NCBI GenBank assembly: GCA_951406725.2
Contig: OX597836.1
Coordinates: 33,232,001-33,296,000, forward strand
Length of the DNA stretch: 64,000 nucleotides
Origin: Octopus vulgaris
Lineage: Eukaryota
Reading direction: 5' to 3'
The translations under genes were made by a program, and so were the position numbers. The notes under the pieces are model-generated. The model did not search any database. It had not been told where the DNA came from and worked only from the letters and a program-made list of their open reading frames with translations. Below, piece by piece: positions 57,649-64,000 of the stretch (positions are counted from its first letter, which is position 1; every line of letters begins with the position of its first letter).

Positions 57649-59102
57649 ATAACTATATGAGAGGATGCAGAAAAGGTCCTGGCTTTGGGTAAAAGAAAAT
57701 ACAGGAGAATCAGTTAATTATGATTTTATCCAACAAATTCCCCTCTCAGATTCACTCTCATTGCAGTGGTCTTTCAGTTGGGCCTTCAACCAGGCCTTTC
57801 ATGATACCTTTAGATGCAGGAACTGTTCAGCAAACCCCTGTATGAGTCGAGAGAAATTTGGGCTGTTGTTTCAAGCAGATTGAGCAACCACACAGGAGTT
57901 GTTATTTGCTCATGGCTTGGCTCAGGCCATGGTAGTAGCAGTGAGAAAAGGCCTGGAGAGAAAGAGAAAGGAATGCACGGCAATATTTCTTCCCATTCTT
58001 TAAGGGTAGCAAGCTGCCCTTAATGGCTAAATAATCTATTAGTAACACACACAATGCCCCCTCCACACAAAAATTTAGAAAATTGCTTTGATTATTACAT
58101 CGTTAAGATCATGTGGTTGAATTGTTCAAGCGTCAGACTAAGACGCCTTGCAGTATTTGTGCCGACTCTTTTTTACGTTTTGAGTTCAAATCCTGCTGAG
58201 GTCAATTTTGCCTTTCATCCTATCAGGGTCAATAAAATAAAGTACCAGTCAAGTACTGAGGTCGATTTGATCAACTAGCACCCCCACACACACAAAAAAA
58301 AACAAAAACACAGGTCTTTTACTTGTTGTTACTGCTGTAGTCAATTGCCTAGTGATAACCCTGACCCAACCCCACCCCCGAAGAGAAACTCTGGACTGAA
58401 GTGCCACGTTCTGAGGTCGGCACTACAGGATTTGGGTTTTCAGCTCTTCACACAGCCCATAACACTCTTAATGTACTTGCGCATATACGCACACATCAAT
58501 TTATCTGTATATATGCGTATGAATGCAATAGCTATGCAGACGCGCGTGTGCGCACACACACACGTTTCTGTCGTTTGAAGTGGCTACTTGACATCAAAGA
58601 ACACGACAGCACGTGCATGCCATGCACAAACGCATGCGCAGGCACACACTCACACACGCAAACTAGACCAATTAGTCAAGAGAGGAAAAAAAAAAAATGT
58701 TAATTCATTATTAGAAGACATTTGGGAGAGCAATAAAAAAAAATTAAAAACACAAACAAAAATATAACAAAAATATAACCCAACACACAAAATCAGAAGT
58801 AGGTGCACCCACACCATCACCCTCACTCACTGACATCCACAAATAATAAGTATAAACTCTTGATATATATTTTTTTTCTGGATTTGGCTTCCAAGATTCT
58901 TTATGTGAGTTTGTGTGTTGAAGCATATTATGATGTGTCTGAGAGAGTCATTCTGTTTTGGTACCTTATAATTTAACACCTTCACCAGCAAAATTTCCAC
59001 GCATGACTAGTCAACAACTACTGAAAAGGCTGCGAGATGCAATGAAAATTTCAGAAAAATAAATTAGTAAATGAGTGGAAATTTTACCGGTGAGTGTGTT
59101 AA

Positions 59103-59311
59103 CCCTTTAGCATTTAAACCGGCCAAAATGTGCTTCCTGTTTTATGATCTAACCATCCAGATCAAGCCTATCATACCTACCCTTTAATGCCATTATAAAA
59201 TATACAGTCACATCATCAAAATTTCAAAGCTGCAAAATAATGCAGGATTAATTAAAAACAATTTGAATTAAAAAGTGTTACATTTGACAGAATAATCTGA
59301 ATGCTAAAGGG
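59103..59311. mobile_element. piggyBac-type MITE (family P1, 209 bp)
   Basis: TTAA-CCCTTTAGCATT...AATGCTAAAGGG-TTAA. Confidence 0.85.
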
Positions 59312-59319
59312 TTAAGTTG

Positions 59320-59555
59320 AAGGTGGCAAGCTGGCAGAAACGTTAGCACATCGGGCGAAATGCTTAGCCATATTTCGTCTGTCTCTACGCTCTGAGTTCA
59401 AATTCTACCGAGGTCGACTTTGCCTTTCATCCTTTCGGGGTCGATAAATTAAGTACCAGTTACGCACTGGGGGTCGATATAATCGACTTAATCCGTTTGT
59501 CTGTCCTTGTTTGTCCCCTCTGTGTTTAGCTCCTTGTGGGTAGTAAAGAAATAGG
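59320..59555 (+). mobile_element. SINE family B, full length
   Basis: Flanked by TTAAGTT direct repeats (59312-59318 and 59556-59562). Confidence 0.88.
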
Positions 59556-59782
59556 TTAAGTTATAAGGCACTAAAAGAGAATAACTGTCCCCAGACACAA
59601 CAGAATCTTAATATATATTTTAGCTTTTATTCATTTCAGTCATTGTATAGCAACCACACTGGAACACAACTTTCAAGGGTTTAATTAGCCCCTCCGCCTG
59701 GGACTTTCTTTTTGGAGAAAACGTTTCATTTACAGATGAATTTTTTTTTTATCAGATGAGCTTACACTCTCATCTGATGTGT

Positions 59783-59824
<42 letters not shown>

Positions 59825-60799
59825 CTTGCATTATCCATGAGAGTATGGAAAAGACAGATGTAAAAGCAATGAGTAACCAACCATAGGTGATGAAATGACA
59901 TCGAGGCAAGTGTGTAATTAAAGTCATCGTTATCTTAATGAAAAAAGACTTGAAGGCAGATCAGGTGAGATCAAAGCAAACACAAGAAAAGCTCATACAA
60001 TGAACAAAATCAAAAACAAAACCATTTGAATTAATTAAATAGAAATGAATTATTGTTTCTCTCTCTCTTTCCGAGAGCAAGAAAGGAATATCAAAGAATG
60101 GAAATCAGATAAAGGCAAACAAACAAACAAGCAAAACAAAGATGTTAGCAAAGAATTTAGTTGTTTACTCATGAGCGAACTCTGATTCAGCTGACCTACA
60201 ATCAAAGAGATTAACCTTTTTAGCGTTTAAACTGGCCGTATCTGGACTCTCATACCGACCTTACAATAAAAGCGATAAACGTCGCCCTTTTCAAGCCTAG
60301 CCAGGCTCATGGGCCCGGTTTCCCGATTTCTGTGGTGTATGTGTTCCCCCCCAGTTGGACAGGACGCCAGTCCATCGCAGCGTTACGCAAGAAACAGGAA
60401 GAAAGAGTGAGAGAAAGTTGTGGAGAAAGAGTACAACAGGGGTCGCCACCACCCCCTGCCGGAGCCTCATGGAGCTTTTTAGGTGTTTTCGCTCAATAAA
60501 CACACACAACGCCCAGTCTGGGAATTGAAACCAAGATCACCTGACCGCGAGTCCGCTGCCCTAACCACTGGGCCATTGCGCCTCCATTAACCTTACAATA
60601 TCATTATAAAATTAACACACTGAGTAATTAAGGCTTACTGGCATTTCTTCCGGCCTTACATTCTGAGTTCAAATCCAGCCGAGGTGAACTTTACTTTCCA
60701 TCCTTACTGGGGTCAATAAAATAAAGAACTAAGGATCAATGTAATTTGACTAATACCTTTAGCATTATTATTCTTATTATTATTCATCCATCCATCTTT

Positions 60800-61140
60800 T
60801 CCACCCACTATTCCTTGGAGTGTTGGGTCAGTAGATTCCTCAGTCACCTTCCTCTATAGGGAGCTATCAGAAGCAGCCCTCAGAGACTATGGATGTCATC
60901 GAATCATTTTTTCTTGATCTCCCCTCTAAATCTCCTGCAGTCGGATCTGTTTGAAGAATTCGTCTTCCAATTCTTTCCTGCGACATTCTAATCACATGTC
61001 CACAGTACTAGAGTTATGACCTCCAGTACTTTTCAAAGCAGTGGCCACATCTGGAGAGACTCTCTGATCTCTGAGCTGTGCACCCTGTCAAGTAACATAC
61101 ATCACTCCAGAGACCCTTCAGAGCAATCACCTTTTTAGGC
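60800..61140 (-). pseudogene. Decayed RTE (Expander-like) LINE ORF C-terminus
   Basis: Minus-strand LLDRVHSSEIRESLQMWPLL ... YCGHVIRMSQERIGRRILQTDPT ... RGRSRK, with frameshifts. Confidence 0.75.
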
Positions 61141-61164
61141 CACTTGTACTCTTACTCTCATTAT

Positions 61165-61565
61165 TAAGGTGGCAAGCTGGCAGAATCGTTAGCACGCTGG
61201 GTGAAATGCTTAGCAGTATTACGTCTGTCGCTACGTTCTGAGTTCAAATTCTGCCAAGGTCGACTTTGCCTTTCATCCTTTTGGGGTCGATTAAATAAAT
61301 ACCAGTTACGCACTGGGGTCGATATAATCGAACTTAATCTGTTTGTCTGTCCTTGTTTGTCCTCTCTGTGTTTAGCCCCTTGTGGGTAGTAAAGAAATAG
61401 GTATTTCACCCGTTGCTACGTTCTGAGTTCAAAATTCCACCGAGGTTGACTTTGCCTTTCATCCTTTTTGGGGTCAATAACCTAAGTACCAGTTGAACAC
61501 TGGGGGCAATGAAATCGACTCATCCCATCCCTCAAAACTGCTGCCCTTATGGAAAAATTTGAAAT
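61165..61565 (+). mobile_element. SINE family B dimer
   Basis: A full unit followed, at AAAGAAATAG|GTATTTC, by a headless second unit with a different tail. Confidence 0.85.
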
Positions 61566-61602
61566 CATTATCATCATCATCATCTTTATTATCATTATTA
61601 TA

Positions 61603-61815
61603 TAAACAAAGCTCAGGTTTGATCTTTCACCTCGTAATATTTATGTAGGTATAATACCTGTAACCTTAGGTATTCACACATTTTCAGGTGTCTTTCAATT
61701 GCTTAGAACCCCCCTGATAATCCTTGCTGTCCTTAAGAGGCAAACTTTCTGTAGGAGCTCTACCGGGCATTCTATTTCAATTTCCTTCAGCCATTTGTCC
61801 ATACCTTGACTTACT
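61603..61815 (-). mobile_element. 3' end of a second R4/Dong-like non-LTR element
   Basis: VSQGMDKWLKEIEIECPVELLQKVCLLRTARIIRGVLSN* (stop at 61695), then a short UTR and TAA/TGA repeats. Confidence 0.75.
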
Positions 61816-61839
61816 GGCTGAAGGAGGTTGAAATAGAAT

Positions 61840-62280
61840 GCCCACCTTAGCAAAGGTATTGTTTTCAGTTGTGCTCGTTTGTTGGTTTGTCTGTGGACAA
61901 GATGTCTCAAGCCCCACTGGTTGGATTCGGATGAAACCTTCAAGGATGTTTGGCCTTGTGACTGGCACGATCTGATTAGATTTTGGGATCCATCTGGTAC
62001 CGGACAAGGATTCTGGATTATTTTTCCATTTCTTTCCTTTTACTTAATTTTTGAGAGTGGTCAGGTTCATTTTTAATATTAGGAAGGGCATCCAACTGTA
62101 GAAACTCTGCCAGATCAAGATTGGGGCCTGGTGCAGCCATTTGGTTTGCCAGCCCTCAGTCAAAATCGTCCAACCCATGCTAGCATGTAAAGCGGACGTT
62201 AAACGACGACGACGATGATGATGATGATGATGTTGGTGTTGCCTTGGTGGAGATTTATGCTCTTTGAGTGCTTGTTATTA
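61840..62280 (+). mobile_element. Helentron-associated (HINE/DINE-like) element interrupted by a family C fragment
   Basis: CCACCTTAGCAAAGGTATTGTTTTC..GTTTGTCTGT..GGATTCGGATGAAAC at the start and CCTTGGTGGAGATTTATGCTCTTTGAGTGCT at the end; class assignment is by resemblance. Confidence 0.5.
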
Positions 62281-62899
62281 CTATTATCATTACTACTATT
62301 TTCTCAAACTGTTAGAAATCTTCCCCAAATCACATCTTTATCGTCTTAAAATCTCCCAAATCACATCTTTATCGTCTTAAAATCTCCCAAATACCATCTT
62401 TATCATCTTAAAATCTGCACAACATATTGGATTAATTTTGTTCCAGATAAACCAAAAGTGATTAGAAATAAAACAAAAGTAGGGATAGTAACGAGATTGA
62501 TTTTAAGATTGATTATACATGTCTCTCTCTCCCTCTCTTTATCTGTCTGACAGTTCTATCAAGACTATCCCGGGGTTAAACAACAACAGCAAACAAAAGT
62601 CTGATACATGTTATTTTTATTCATAACAATAAACTGAAATTATTTCAGAAAATTTCAAAAGCACTAAGTTAAGAACAAAAATGGCCTCCTGCCACCACAA
62701 AAGAAAATAAAAAAAAAAATCCTTGTTAATTCTGTAACAAAGAAATAATACAAACGCAAAAATGATGAGGGGGGAAAAAACAGTAAAATGAAAGATGAAA
62801 ACTGTAGGTGTTTTGGGGGTATTTTATTTTTTAATTCATAAATAATTTCAGCTGTTGTAATTTAGTAGAATTAGGTATCACACAATACAAAGGTTAATA

Positions 62900-63015
62900 A
62901 AATATTTAAAATATATATATATATATATATAAATATATGTATATGTATGTATGTATGTATGTATATATATACACATATATGTATATATATACACATATAT
63001 ATATATATATAATAA

Positions 63016-63079
<64 letters not shown>

Positions 63080-63090
63080 TATAATATATA

Positions 63091-63167
<77 letters not shown>

Positions 63168-63205
63168 ATATATATAATAAATATAATAATAAATATATAT
63201 AATAT

Positions 63206-63297
<92 letters not shown>

Positions 63298-63300
63298 AAA
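62900..63300. repeat. (TA)n with long poly(A) runs
   Basis: Seen directly; may partly reflect low-quality consensus. Confidence 0.85.
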
Positions 63301-64000
63301 AGAAAAGTGAACTTTATAGGAGAGAGTGAGTAAAGTCTTGCAAAGTATGTTTGTTTAAAAAACAAAAAATTCAGGGGTGAATAAAAATAAGATAAAATAA
63401 AAACAAAAGGGAAAAATAATCAACAAAAAAAAATAAATAAAATAAAACACTTCAACTCCGCCAAAAAAAAAAAAAGAAGAACAAAACAAAAAGCAACTAC
63501 AACAGGAGAACAAGAAGATGTTACAAACCTCAGGGTGTAGGCATGAAGTGCGTTTGTGAAATATCTGTTTTAGAACAGGGGGGGAAGGTTTTGGAAAAAA
63601 AAAAAATAAATAAATGGGAGTAGAGGTAGGGAAGAGAAGAAACAAAAGAAAATAGTTTTAAAATAGTTTTTTTAAAAAATGATTAAGTAATTTCAGTTAT
63701 GATAATTAAATTTTTTTTTTTCAAAGAATTTACTCGGATTTTAAAATTTTATTTTCATTTTCATTTTTATTTTTTTGGTTTGAATTAAAAAATTTTACAC
63801 CATGAACAGAGATTTGAAATTGGATGGAATATAAGTGCTAGGGAGAATAGGATCGAGAAGAGGGGCGACATTGTCAGGAATTTGGAGTGGCGATGGCGGA
63901 GGGGGGACGACGACTACTAAGTGGATGGTTGGTTATGCCTGTGATTAGAAGTTGGCTCAAGTGGAATTTTGGACAAAAGAGGAGAAGCAGGCAAGTAGAG

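Noticed and set aside
59750-59780. Hairpin ATCAGATGAG-CTTACACT-CTCATCTGAT with a GTAAG donor-like site on the minus strand
   Set aside because: Only a 10-bp stem, with no supportable exon or family context.
62315-62415. 31-bp triple tandem repeat
   Set aside because: Ordinary local minisatellite with no further structure.
62900-63300. Poly(A) runs as retrocopy tails or a poly-Lys/Phe ORF
   Set aside because: No attached element; likely degraded (TA)n or consensus error.

Overview
AT-rich, microsatellite- and SINE-dense animal genomic DNA whose repeat landscape looks like an Octopus (coleoid cephalopod) genome; the species call is inference. The only host gene I can support is the 5' part of eyes absent (eya) on the minus strand. 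Six GT-AG exons (48980-48706, 20461-20363, 18249-18160, 14720-14657, 12396-12242, 4310-4191; 803 nt) join in frame and encode the P/S/T-rich N-terminal region, collinear with vertebrate EYA1/EYA4 as I recall those proteins. The start exon and the HAD phosphatase (Eya domain) exons are not seen and presumably lie outside the window. Most ORFs in the supplied track are microsatellite or SINE read-throughs. The introns hold about 20 copies of one tRNA-derived SINE, several other SINE families, piggyBac-, mariner- and pogo-type MITEs, a Helitron, RTE and R4/Dong LINE 3' ends, and Penelope-like fold-back remnants with hammerhead-ribozyme motifs. The most interesting observations are: an inverted SINE pair tightly bracketing a symmetric eya exon, a near-intact hammerhead enclosed in an inverted repeat, a SINE fold-back hairpin, and SINE multimers with a recurrent junction.
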